Shown here: positions 9,363 to 18,392 of the stretch, piece after piece
Layout of the letters: each line of letters opens with the position of its first letter
How positions within the stretch are numbered: position 1 is the first letter of the stretch
NCBI GenBank assembly: GCA_000002435.2
Contig: CM018792.1
Source: Giardia intestinalis
Lineage: Eukaryota
DNA length: 64,000 nt
Reading direction: 5' to 3' (one strand)
Program-made: the position numbers and the translations under genes
Notes under the pieces: model-generated
Database searches by the model: none
Told to the model about the DNA's origin: nothing
Seen by the model: only the letters and a program-made list of their open reading frames with translations

Positions 9363-11003
9363 TTACTCTGCCAGCAGGTCACAAATGTAAGCTCCGCTGA
9401 GCAGTGATCTGTCTAAGCAGACAATGATTCCTCCATATTGCTTCACAAACATCACGGCGTCCACATACTGACGGAAGCCCAAACTGCTGAGTGTGAAATC
9501 GAGAAGGTACTGGCGGGTCTGTGTGTTTGGTGGGACATGGGTAGACTCAGTGATAACGTACCACTGTATGGTTGACCAGGTGGAAACCTTTTGTCCAGAA
9601 AGTCGCATGAGGCGCTGCAGCTGACAGATTGGGATGGCGTCTATCCCATCTCTAGGGAAGATGTAGAGAGTTTTCTGCTGAGGTGAAAAAGGTGCAGTGT
9701 TTGTAGAAAGTCTGTCATGGGTGGCTCCCTCCTGTAGATGAGTGAGATAGTGAGTAAGCACATTTATATAGATGGGCAAGGGCTTCAGATCCGGGCCCAC
9801 AATAGAGCAGTATTCTCCGTTCCACGGGAAGCTGTGGATGTTGTTAGTGATGCGATATACGTCTCGAGACTCAGCCTCTGATGCTTCGTAGACAGGGCAG
9901 AACTCCCAGACAATCCACGGAATAGCCATACTAGTTAAGCGTCTTAGCTGCTTGTCCAGGATTGTCTCCCCTTCCGGTGCACCATAGGTAACATCACCTA
10001 GTTCTCCAATTACCATCCACGAAAATCCGCCAGTCTCTTGGGATCTTATGTGGTTCTGTACAATGCAATCTATGGATGGGCCAACATTCGTAAGCGGTTG
10101 GTAGCAGTGTGGTGCAAAAACAAGTCGCTTACGGTCGAATCCGGGAAGAACCTCGCACACTCTATTGCAGCACCCATCAAGTCCTATAGAGAACCTCATG
10201 AGGTAGCTCACGTCGTAGTTGAAGGGTTCCAGAAAGTAGTATCCATGGAATCCAGTCTTTTCTAGGCCAGCAATGGCGCGTGCGTAGAACTCTATCAGCT
10301 GTTCACGCCTGGCTCTGGTTTGCCACGGAACGAAAAGTAGCTGGCCTGCAAATACTTCTGGCAGGCAAGGCTCGTTGATTATGTCAATGGCATCAACGAA
10401 CAAGCCATCTCTTGCATATAATCTCTGCAAGATGGCAGTGACACAATAAACATACAACTCTTGCAGGGCCATGCGCGGCCAACCAGGCATCTCATCGATC
10501 AATGCGTTGTCCCAAAATCTCATCCAGCAAGTCCAGTACCGCCTGTCCGTCAAAGGTTGTGAACCCCAGGACTCTCCAAGTCCCTTGAAGACCGTGTGGG
10601 CAGTACGTAGGGATGCCGGAAGAAACACATCTGCAAGCCCGCTGCCTCCCAAACGTCTCGAATAGTTGTCTTGGTGAAAGTCTAAGACAACGAAGAATCT
10701 ATGAGCGTGCGCAGCCATGATGAAGTCCCCTACACCATCAACGTACTCATCAACAATGCCTCCTGATGTAGTGAAGCATGCTTCCAGAAAGACGAGTAAT
10801 CGGATGCAGTTGAAGCCTAGTGAGGATATACATTCAAGTCCTGCTGAGACACTGTGTTTACCAAACGGCTCAAACACATGTTGTGGGGGTAAGTAGCTGC
10901 CCTGTGGACCTGAGTCTACCGGGTTAAAAGGCATACCCTTACTGTGTGAAGAAACATTCACTCCACGGAGACAGGGGATAGGTATGGACTGTCTGGGCGC
11001 CAT
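9363..11003 (-). CDS. Glycoside hydrolase family 5 (cellulase / endoglycoceramidase-like) enzyme
   Basis: ATG verified at 11003. GH5 hallmarks: GFNCIRL near the N-terminus, VLDFHQD, the NEP acid/base motif (IINEPCLPE) and a nucleophile-type IGELG. No N-terminal signal peptide. Confidence 0.65.
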   Translation of the reverse strand: MAPRQSIPIPCLRGVNVSSHSKGMPFNPVDSGPQGSYLPPQHVFEPFGKHSVSAGLECISSLGFNCIRLLVFLEACFTTSGGIVDEYVDGVGDFIMAAHAHRFFVVLDFHQDNYSRRLGGSGLADVFLPASLRTAHTVFKGLGESWGSQPLTDRRYWTCWMRFWDNALIDEMPGWPRMALQELYVYCVTAILQRLYARDGLFVDAIDIINEPCLPEVFAGQLLFVPWQTRARREQLIEFYARAIAGLEKTGFHGYYFLEPFNYDVSYLMRFSIGLDGCCNRVCEVLPGFDRKRLVFAPHCYQPLTNVGPSIDCIVQNHIRSQETGGFSWMVIGELGDVTYGAPEGETILDKQLRRLTSMAIPWIVWEFCPVYEASEAESRDVYRITNNIHSFPWNGEYCSIVGPDLKPLPIYINVLTHYLTHLQEGATHDRLSTNTAPFSPQQKTLYIFPRDGIDAIPICQLQRLMRLSGQKVSTWSTIQWYVITESTHVPPNTQTRQYLLDFTLSSLGFRQYVDAVMFVKQYGGIIVCLDRSLLSGAYICDLLAE

Positions 11004-11074
11004 TACAAATTTAGAAGCAGTGATGGAAGTTTACTACCCATCTGAATGTAAGAGGTTTATCGGTCATATCTTGG

Positions 11075-11719
11075 TCAACATCCGCATCCACCACTCTCCT
11101 TGGAGGGTGCTTCAGTCTTCATGTTGACTGTGTTCTTTGACGTAGACGCCGCCTTCACACCACAGGATTCATCCGTAATGTCTATTTCTCCGGAATTAAC
11201 CTTGTCGAGAACAGCTTTGGCAATTATCATGAACGCCTCCTCAACATTGCTGTTCGTCTTGGCAGACGTCTCAATGAAGAAGAGGTTGTTTTCTTTAGCA
11301 AATTTCTCCCCCTCGTCGTAGGTGACCATGCGAGAGGACTCTCTGTCGGTCTTATTACCCACGAGGAGAATAGTGGTCTTGTCGCCACCATAGGTGCGGC
11401 ATTCTTCGAGCCAGTTTGCAACATGTTCAAAACTTGCTCTGCGGGTTATGTCGTATACTAGGAGGGCACAGCAGCTTCCACGATAGTAACTGCGCGTGAT
11501 CGAGCGGAAAGACTCTTGGCCACATGTATCCCAAATCTGAGCCTTGATCTTTTTCCCCCCGACCTCTATCGTTCGAGTACCGTACTCTACGCCTACTGTC
11601 ATATCGTGCGCGTTTTGGAAGCGCTGCTCAGTAAACTGCAGAAGCAGGCAGGACTTTCCTACAGCCGTGTCGCCGACGACAATGTACTTAAACAGGTAGT
11701 TGTAGGAGCTATCGGCCAT
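11075..11719 (-). CDS. RAB2: Rab2-type small GTPase
   Basis: ATG verified at 11719. G1 GDTAVGKS, G3 WDTCGQE, G4 GNKTD, G5 ETSAK, and a C-terminal GGCGC double-prenylation motif. The N-terminal YLFKYIVVGD is characteristic of Rab2. Confidence 0.9.
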   Translation of the reverse strand: MADSSYNYLFKYIVVGDTAVGKSCLLLQFTEQRFQNAHDMTVGVEYGTRTIEVGGKKIKAQIWDTCGQESFRSITRSYYRGSCCALLVYDITRRASFEHVANWLEECRTYGGDKTTILLVGNKTDRESSRMVTYDEGEKFAKENNLFFIETSAKTNSNVEEAFMIIAKAVLDKVNSGEIDITDESCGVKAASTSKNTVNMKTEAPSKESGGCGC

Positions 11720-11915
11720 GGACTATAAGTCTTCTTTGAATTTTTTTTGAATTTTAATTTTAAATATCATGTGTAGAGGAGAGAGCCATAGAGACGACGG
11801 TGGCCTTGAGAAACTGATCTTGACTGTCTGCAATACAAGTTGTAACGTGTAGAATCATTTTACTTTGCTTTGCAACTAAGCAACAAGAGCTTATGAAATT
11901 AGTAAACATAATAAA

Positions 11916-13160
11916 ATGCTTCTCATTGGTTCTTTGCTGGCCACAGTCCTTAGCTTTGGCCCTTGTCCTGCCGACAATCCGCCTGCTGATTGCTTGATGT
12001 GTATCTCGAACACTGTCCCCCTCTGCATCATGTGCGATAGACTTCGCCGTCCTTCGCTTGGTCCCGTGGACGGCGTTTGTACCAGTGATAGAGCGAAAAT
12101 CCACGACGCGTGCACTGACACGGGTCTCTACCAAGACTTTGGATTTTGCATGCACTGTGCCCCGGGATGGTTCCTCCACGGCTACAACAACGTCACAGGC
12201 GCTGAGGGCGGTTGCTTCAGGTGCGACCATGTAGCGGCAGGAGGTATTGACCACTGTGACACGTGCACCCCTGGGAACATGAACACTACTATCAATCAGG
12301 TTGTTCGCGTTATTTGCACAAAATGCAAAGCAGGATATCAACTCAATGGGGACGGAAGCGCCTGCACAGATGTCTCGGGCGAGGCTAAGTGCAAGGCAGG
12401 CCAGCAGAAGTGCAAGACTTGCAAATCTGACAACAGTGGATGTGCAACCTGTGATGACGGGTATGGTCTTAAGAGTGGATCGTGTGTAGTTTGCTCGGAG
12501 AAGTGTCTCCTTTGCAATAATGACGCTGATACTTGCACCTCTTGCACGCAGTCTGTGTTAAAGGACGGAAAGTGCGTTTCTTGCGATCAAGGCGAGAACA
12601 TGGCCGGGTGCTTCAGTTGCCTTTCGCCAGCAGATACGGGAACATCCACAGGCCGGTGCACGTTAGCATCAGGAAGCTACTGGGTACAGGACGATGGTAC
12701 GACAGCCAAGTGCACGATCACCAACTGCGTGCGCTGCATGAATCTGTTTGGAAAAGAATACTGCACCACATGCGTTAATGATTACTTCGTGTTGGACGGC
12801 GTCTGCGAGAAGTATTATAAACTGTCTGGCGAAGGCACAAAGGGGTGTTCGGACGGCGTTGTTGGTATGTGCCGATCGTGCGTGGGCAAGGACGTCTTTT
12901 GGTTCCTGAACACGTGTCTTACCATAACCGGTACAATAGGCAAAACGGTCTGTAGGGCTATGAACCAAACGAGCCATATCTGCACAGACTGCATGCCTGG
13001 GTTCCGCGCTACATCGTACGGTTGCCAGCAGTGCAATGTCATTAACTGCCAAGACTGCTCCCTGGACCTCCGCTTATGCTCTGCCTGTCTCTCTGGCTAC
13101 ACCCCCATTACGAAAGATGGGAAGATCGTGGCATGCAACAAAGCGAAGACTTCTCTTTAG
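11916..13160 (+). CDS. High-cysteine secreted protein (CXXC repeats, VSP/HCMP-related, no membrane anchor)
   Basis: ATG at 11916 follows an AT-rich initiator (gaaattagtaaacataataaaATG). Signal peptide MLLIGSLLATVLSF. Many CXXC motifs (CTKCKAGY, CKTCKSDNSGCATCDDGYG, CLLCNND...CTSC...). Ends ...ACNKAKTSL with no hydrophobic tail and no CRGKA. Confidence 0.8.
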   Translation: MLLIGSLLATVLSFGPCPADNPPADCLMCISNTVPLCIMCDRLRRPSLGPVDGVCTSDRAKIHDACTDTGLYQDFGFCMHCAPGWFLHGYNNVTGAEGGCFRCDHVAAGGIDHCDTCTPGNMNTTINQVVRVICTKCKAGYQLNGDGSACTDVSGEAKCKAGQQKCKTCKSDNSGCATCDDGYGLKSGSCVVCSEKCLLCNNDADTCTSCTQSVLKDGKCVSCDQGENMAGCFSCLSPADTGTSTGRCTLASGSYWVQDDGTTAKCTITNCVRCMNLFGKEYCTTCVNDYFVLDGVCEKYYKLSGEGTKGCSDGVVGMCRSCVGKDVFWFLNTCLTITGTIGKTVCRAMNQTSHICTDCMPGFRATSYGCQQCNVINCQDCSLDLRLCSACLSGYTPITKDGKIVACNKAKTSL

Positions 13161-13211
13161 ACGAACTCCATGCTTTCAGTGAGGCTTTACACGCCACAGG
13201 TGACCAAGTAA

Positions 13212-14015
13212 ATGGCTGCAAATGTCGAGGTGTCTACAAAAATGAAGGGCGTCCGGCGGCTCGAAGCCAAGGATCGTATGAACAGGATCCGAGAGGTGGA
13301 GCGCATGATGAAGGAGGAGATGCGTGCTGTACAACGGGAAAGCGAGGAGGCCATTTATCTGAAGCTCCCCTCCATTGCCATCAGTTTCTTTACGTACCAG
13401 AAGCAGACGAAAGAGTACATAGCCTCGCTCGTTCCACAGCTAGACGAGCGGTTCTACTCACTCATTAGAGTGCCCACAAAGCATACCAAACCTAAGAAGG
13501 ACGAAGTCGTTCACAGCGTCCTCATCAACGAGGCCTTCCCAATCATGACCAACCCTGACATCACAAGCAGCCCGGTGCTTCTCTTTCCAGCAGAAGAGAT
13601 CCTTGAGCTGGAGCAGAATTTAGAAGCACAGTGTCGAGACTTGGCGACCGCACTGCGAAGCATCAAGAGATGGATGGCGGTGCTCGGCGCTGCAGACAAC
13701 CTTACCGTGATGGCAGAGGAAGCCGTGGGGATATCTATGGAGGTTATCGAGACCATAGACACGTCCGCTATGTCCTTGCGCAACCTCTTTGTCGACTACC
13801 ACGCAAAGCGTTCACGGGCAGTGTGTAACTTTCAGAAGCACGGTTCACTGGATTACTTCCAGCTGGTTGTTCTCACAGACAAACAGATGTTCATGTCTAT
13901 CTCAAACTTTGTGGAAGAAATGTATGATATCGTTTGTATGTGCTACGAGATCTTAGATCAAAACTTTGACAAGTTCATAAATCCCCGCATGTCCGTGGAC
14001 AGAGGGTACCACTGA
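13212..14015 (+). CDS. Hypothetical protein (267 aa)
   Basis: ATG verified at 13212. An ORF with no recognisable motif; the charged, helical N-terminal third is followed by a mixed region. The overlapping ORF 13076..13468 is in another frame and judged spurious. Confidence 0.45.
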   Translation: MAANVEVSTKMKGVRRLEAKDRMNRIREVERMMKEEMRAVQRESEEAIYLKLPSIAISFFTYQKQTKEYIASLVPQLDERFYSLIRVPTKHTKPKKDEVVHSVLINEAFPIMTNPDITSSPVLLFPAEEILELEQNLEAQCRDLATALRSIKRWMAVLGAADNLTVMAEEAVGISMEVIETIDTSAMSLRNLFVDYHAKRSRAVCNFQKHGSLDYFQLVVLTDKQMFMSISNFVEEMYDIVCMCYEILDQNFDKFINPRMSVDRGYH

Positions 14016-14085
14016 CTGCCAAGAAAGCTTAATAAATAGATGCCTTGTTTACTCTTATCACATTCTGGGAACATGAATTAAATAA

Positions 14086-15144
14086 ATGTCGAGCGACAAG
14101 TCTGCCCCAAACGACGGGATTCCGCGTTCATTTGTCTTCAAGAGAGGAAAGGTGTCCATTGCAGCCGCAGATTTGGTCAAAGATATACGCCAGGTCTTTC
14201 AGCCATACGGGTTCATTCAGTTGAAGGTTCGAAAGGGAAACAATCTTAGGGACTTCACTGCCGTCTCAGGTATCTTGGGGGCAACCCACATGACAATTTT
14301 AACTTCGTCTGGGGAGGGGACGACGATGAGGATCATCAAGCTTCCTGCGGGTCCTACACTGACCTTCCGGTTAAAGGATTACAGCACTATGGTTGATATG
14401 CACAAAGCCTTTAAAACGGAGCCACTCCCACAGTTCGCCATGAATTACCCCGCTCTTTGCATCACAGCTGGTTTCAAAAGTCAAGCTATCAAGGATGCCA
14501 ACCCTGGGCTACTTAAGGCCTTAGACCTCTGCAAGATTACTATTCAGGGGATGTATCCAGAACTTAATGTTGCAGAGGTTTCTCTTCGCTCCCTCAAAAG
14601 ATGCGTTTTGTACTCAGCGAACGACACGGGGGCCATTACATTCAGACACTACCTCCTTCGGCATCCGCTGGATGCTGAGTCTGAAAGCCTAAAGGTCCTT
14701 CTAGGAGAGAAGCGTCTGTCTCTCGGTCATCTGGATACCATCGATGACATTTCCACTCTTAAAGTAAGGGACCCGAAGACGGACCTGGATCGATTCTTTA
14801 AGGACAAACCAGTAAGGCTCATTGAGATGGGCCCTCGCTACACGCTAGAGCTCATAAAGATAGAGAGTGGGCTCACGACAGGATTGGTGTTATACCATGC
14901 ATATATAACAAAGACAGAGGAACAAATAGCACAGGCAGAAAAGAAGGCCAGACAGACACGGGGAAGGCTGGACAAAGAGGCGAAGCGCGAGATACTGCGC
15001 AGACGCTTGCGCGTGGAGCGGGAGAAGAAGGAGCATGCTAGAATCACAAAGGAGCACGAGAAAACTGCAGACAATCTGGCATCTTATGCAGCGGAAAAGG
15101 CCGGGGAGCTCTCAGAGCCGTTCATGGAGCCCAGCGGAGAATGA
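14086..15144 (+). CDS. SSF1: Brix-domain ribosome biogenesis protein, SSF1/Peter Pan-like
   Basis: ATG at 14086 follows aattaaataaATG. The N-terminal PRSFVFKRGKVS...LVKDIRQVFQPYGF.QLKVRKGNNLRDFTAVSGILGATHMTIL matches the SSF1/PPAN Brix signature (SFV.RG..G...L..D.R.VMEPYTA..LKVRK.N.LKDFV.V.G.LGVTH). Lysine/arginine-rich C-terminal tail. Confidence 0.8.
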   Translation: MSSDKSAPNDGIPRSFVFKRGKVSIAAADLVKDIRQVFQPYGFIQLKVRKGNNLRDFTAVSGILGATHMTILTSSGEGTTMRIIKLPAGPTLTFRLKDYSTMVDMHKAFKTEPLPQFAMNYPALCITAGFKSQAIKDANPGLLKALDLCKITIQGMYPELNVAEVSLRSLKRCVLYSANDTGAITFRHYLLRHPLDAESESLKVLLGEKRLSLGHLDTIDDISTLKVRDPKTDLDRFFKDKPVRLIEMGPRYTLELIKIESGLTTGLVLYHAYITKTEEQIAQAEKKARQTRGRLDKEAKREILRRRLRVEREKKEHARITKEHEKTADNLASYAAEKAGELSEPFMEPSGE

Positions 15145-15152
15145 GGGTGTTG

Positions 15153-18100
15153 TCAGAGGTATTTGCGAATGCTTTCCTCAAGTATTTGAACGTACATATT
15201 AGTTTGCTCTTCATTCTCATAGAAAAATAAATCTCCTGTTGTTTTTATGACCGCTTCATCGGGACAGACCAATCTGTACTTCCCATTTCCCTTGTCTTGG
15301 AGGATGGCTGCCTTTATTGTGAGCTTTGCTAGCTTTCTAGGAGAAGTTCGAAACTCGATGGCCTCATTCTCCGATGTCTGCTCCTTGATAGAGTGGACGA
15401 AGATAGTACTCATATTTGTACTTTGAATCACTTCGATGAGGTCAAATATGCGGGAGCTGTCATCGCTTAACCGGAAACAATACATGGGAGGTATGGTTGC
15501 ACTGGTACCGAGGCAGTAAAAGAAGACGGTATGGTCACAAAGTAGTTCCAATCCGCCTACTGTGTTGTGAACGAAAAAGAGGTAATTTTGATAGCAGCTG
15601 TTGAGGGCACTGTGCAGCTCACGGGAAGTAGAGGTATTAGCAGGTTGAGAGCAGATGATAGCCGAGGGGGATAGTTGCAGATAGGATCCCGATGGAGCTC
15701 CTTCAGTCCCTCTACCATGGGGGCTATACCGTTTAATTTCGGTAGAAATAAGTTCTATCTGAAGGCCTGGCTCGAAAGACTCCATAACACTGGCTTTGGA
15801 CCCAAACTGATGCAGAAAAAGACATGGAAACTGTGGAAGGCTTGACGACGATGATTCCAAGTCTTTCGAGAACTTTGAGATGGCGTCTATGTCGATGCAA
15901 CTCGGGTCTATCACGAGTGCACGCCTATAGCAATACGACCTGGTCTCCTTCTCCACAGTAGCTTCAGAGCCAGCAGCTGCTTGCTCCTGGACCTTCTTTA
16001 TAACAATGGTTGGGTCAAACACTTTGAGAACAAGTGCTGACATGTGCGGAACCAAATTGGAGTTGCTTGCTTGATGACTGCATAGTCTCGTCTCCAGAGC
16101 ATAGCTTACAGCATGTGAAAGAGACATAGAAATAAATGGTCTATGAAAACGGCCTAGAAAACACGATCGCGGAGCTGGCCGAGTATTGTAATATGTCAAT
16201 ACAAGTGCCCCTTCTGTGCCCCAATCAGCTCGAATGGGTGGCTCCTGAGCTGATCCAAAGTTGATAGTCTGCGGGAGTGATACCAGTATCTTTTCGTGTT
16301 TGTAAAGAGATATCTTATTCTTAGTTAAAAAGTTGAAAAGCAAAGGATCGACCGAGGCCTTAACAAGATAAAATCCGTCTGTGACAAGCATCTCCAGCGG
16401 CTCCGCTGAGGCACTATTCTTATGGCACACTGCCTTCTCCTGCGATTTGATTGGTGGTGTTGTTTCTGCTACTACAACTCCGGTGGAATTTATGCCAGGA
16501 TTCAGAGTGGTAGGCGCATAAGGCCTTGAACTAGCCTCTCGAGATGTATCTGGCTGAGACATGCGAGTATCAACGATTAAGTAAATTCCTGTGCAGGAGT
16601 TGGCGGCGATGTCCTGCCGATGAATTCGTTTTAAAAGCGGAACAAAATCGGAATCAAACTCCAATTTGTATTTTAGCATACAGTGAATAAGGACAGTATA
16701 TGGATTGATGACGCTCTTGATGGGATCTCTTGGACCTGGCCTTGCAATATTGATGATCGTTATCTGTGTTTTGGCCAGTCTGAAGATTGAAAGTTGATAT
16801 TGGAGGAGGAACCACTCATATCCTGCAAGAGTTGGGTTTAGTCCTAAGGCGATTAAAATAAGGTATAGCCTGTTGGTGGTTAAGGCACCGTCTGCATATC
16901 GACACATCTCAGTGTAAAGAAGAGTGATGAGGTCGATGTGCTGGGAGATGGTCGGATTGTAGTAGAAATTAGTGTCGTCGGATCCTGTGATAGTGGAGTC
17001 ATAGAATTGTGAGCCACAAAAGATCAGCTCCTCCAATTCGTGAGAGTAGGGCAGCACTATCATGCCTGCCAATTTGTTATCCTCTAGAGTACCCGAAGAC
17101 GTGTGAGCAAAAAGCTCAGCATCTAATTTATACATCGTACAGCCAGTTATTACTTCGTCATCCCGGTGCATCAACAGCGTGTTATCCGCTGCAGCAAACG
17201 CAACAGCCTTGCAAACGCTAAAGTCCTCTGCAAGGGTTCCTGCAAGAAATGCTAGCCGATGGAGTTCGTACTCGCGAGAAGAGTCGTAGAGCATCGAGAA
17301 GGAGTCTCTATCATCTGAGACAGCATCAAATGCCGGAAATACGGTAGCACCGTGTATTATCGATAACTGCTCAAAGGCTCGTGGTTCCATCCGTGAAGGT
17401 ATGTAAGTGCAGAACTTTGGGCTTCCGAGCTCCTTGTGCCGTAAAAGAGCCTTCTGCTTCCCAATGAGGGCATCTGAATAAGGATTGTAGAGAAGAGAAT
17501 GAGATTTGTAAGCTATTAAGAGACGCACAAAGCAGGGAATAAGCAGTTCTAGAGAAATTGGACGCTGCTCGCGAGTTGACATTAGCGCTCTAAGTAAGAT
17601 GTGGGGAGGAATCAGGGGAGATGGGAACAAGGTGTGAGAGTTGTGTGAGGGTAAGGACTGAAGAAGGTGTTGGTGCAATAGAAGCCTGTGGGTGAATTTT
17701 ATCATGTCAAAATATACGTCGTTGCAATCTAGTAATTTTATTAATGTATGAACGGTAGATTGACATTTTTTGCCGTCACAATTGATTAAACTAGTCCCCA
17801 GACAGTTGTATATTTTATTAGTAACTAGAAGGTCCCATAGTTGAAGCACCTGAGGATCAATACCGTCAGTAGAGCTGTGGCGCATGGAGCTAGAAATAGA
17901 GCTAGAAAGTTTCGGAATGGAAAGTGCATGGTCACGAAGTAGCTCAGCGGGGCTTTTTTGTGCAGACAATGCATCCTGACCATTGGACCTGAGCTGTCGG
18001 AGTGGAAGGATGTGCAAATTGGTCCTGTATGTGCTTAGATCAATGCTTCGACATTGCCATATATTGTTTGAAAGGCGCTCCCTTACTGCGCCTAGCAAGC

Positions 18101-18392
18101 GGACAACTGAGGGAGGAACACTGTCAACAGAGGTTGCGAGTCTCTTAACAGGACTGCACTGCACAGCAGCCTTAGTAGGCCCCTGATTAACTGAGGCAGG
18201 CTTTAATTTGACCATGGGTGCCTGCTTGGATGTAGGCTCTACAGAGCCTGTCACCTGCAGAGTTGACAGAAAGCCATCCACACCCTTTCTATCTGCCTCG
18301 TCAGTAAAGCAATTGGCTGCAGAAACAAAAAGGCTTGAGCCAGGATGCTCCTCAGGCTCTCCGCCAGCAATCTGAGCGGCGGTTTTAAACAT
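15153..18392 (-). CDS. Hypothetical large protein (about 1080-1104 aa)
   Basis: The ORF runs to an ATG at 18467 (MCVFLCAAREAGKLLK...). The second ATG, at 18392 (MFKTAAQIAGGEPEE...), has an AT-rich initiator-like 5' flank and avoids most of the overlap with the divergent plus gene. No recognisable domain. Its stop lies 8 bp from the SSF1 stop. Confidence 0.5.
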   Translation of the reverse strand: MFKTAAQIAGGEPEEHPGSSLFVSAANCFTDEADRKGVDGFLSTLQVTGSVEPTSKQAPMVKLKPASVNQGPTKAAVQCSPVKRLATSVDSVPPSVVRLLGAVRERLSNNIWQCRSIDLSTYRTNLHILPLRQLRSNGQDALSAQKSPAELLRDHALSIPKLSSSISSSMRHSSTDGIDPQVLQLWDLLVTNKIYNCLGTSLINCDGKKCQSTVHTLIKLLDCNDVYFDMIKFTHRLLLHQHLLQSLPSHNSHTLFPSPLIPPHILLRALMSTREQRPISLELLIPCFVRLLIAYKSHSLLYNPYSDALIGKQKALLRHKELGSPKFCTYIPSRMEPRAFEQLSIIHGATVFPAFDAVSDDRDSFSMLYDSSREYELHRLAFLAGTLAEDFSVCKAVAFAAADNTLLMHRDDEVITGCTMYKLDAELFAHTSSGTLEDNKLAGMIVLPYSHELEELIFCGSQFYDSTITGSDDTNFYYNPTISQHIDLITLLYTEMCRYADGALTTNRLYLILIALGLNPTLAGYEWFLLQYQLSIFRLAKTQITIINIARPGPRDPIKSVINPYTVLIHCMLKYKLEFDSDFVPLLKRIHRQDIAANSCTGIYLIVDTRMSQPDTSREASSRPYAPTTLNPGINSTGVVVAETTPPIKSQEKAVCHKNSASAEPLEMLVTDGFYLVKASVDPLLFNFLTKNKISLYKHEKILVSLPQTINFGSAQEPPIRADWGTEGALVLTYYNTRPAPRSCFLGRFHRPFISMSLSHAVSYALETRLCSHQASNSNLVPHMSALVLKVFDPTIVIKKVQEQAAAGSEATVEKETRSYCYRRALVIDPSCIDIDAISKFSKDLESSSSSLPQFPCLFLHQFGSKASVMESFEPGLQIELISTEIKRYSPHGRGTEGAPSGSYLQLSPSAIICSQPANTSTSRELHSALNSCYQNYLFFVHNTVGGLELLCDHTVFFYCLGTSATIPPMYCFRLSDDSSRIFDLIEVIQSTNMSTIFVHSIKEQTSENEAIEFRTSPRKLAKLTIKAAILQDKGNGKYRLVCPDEAVIKTTGDLFFYENEEQTNMYVQILEESIRKYL

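Noticed and set aside
13076-13468. 130-aa ORF overlapping the HCP stop and the start of 13212..14015
   Set aside because: It is in a different frame from both neighbours. It has a Gly/Arg-rich low-complexity composition typical of off-frame translation of GC-rich coding sequence, and no start-site context.
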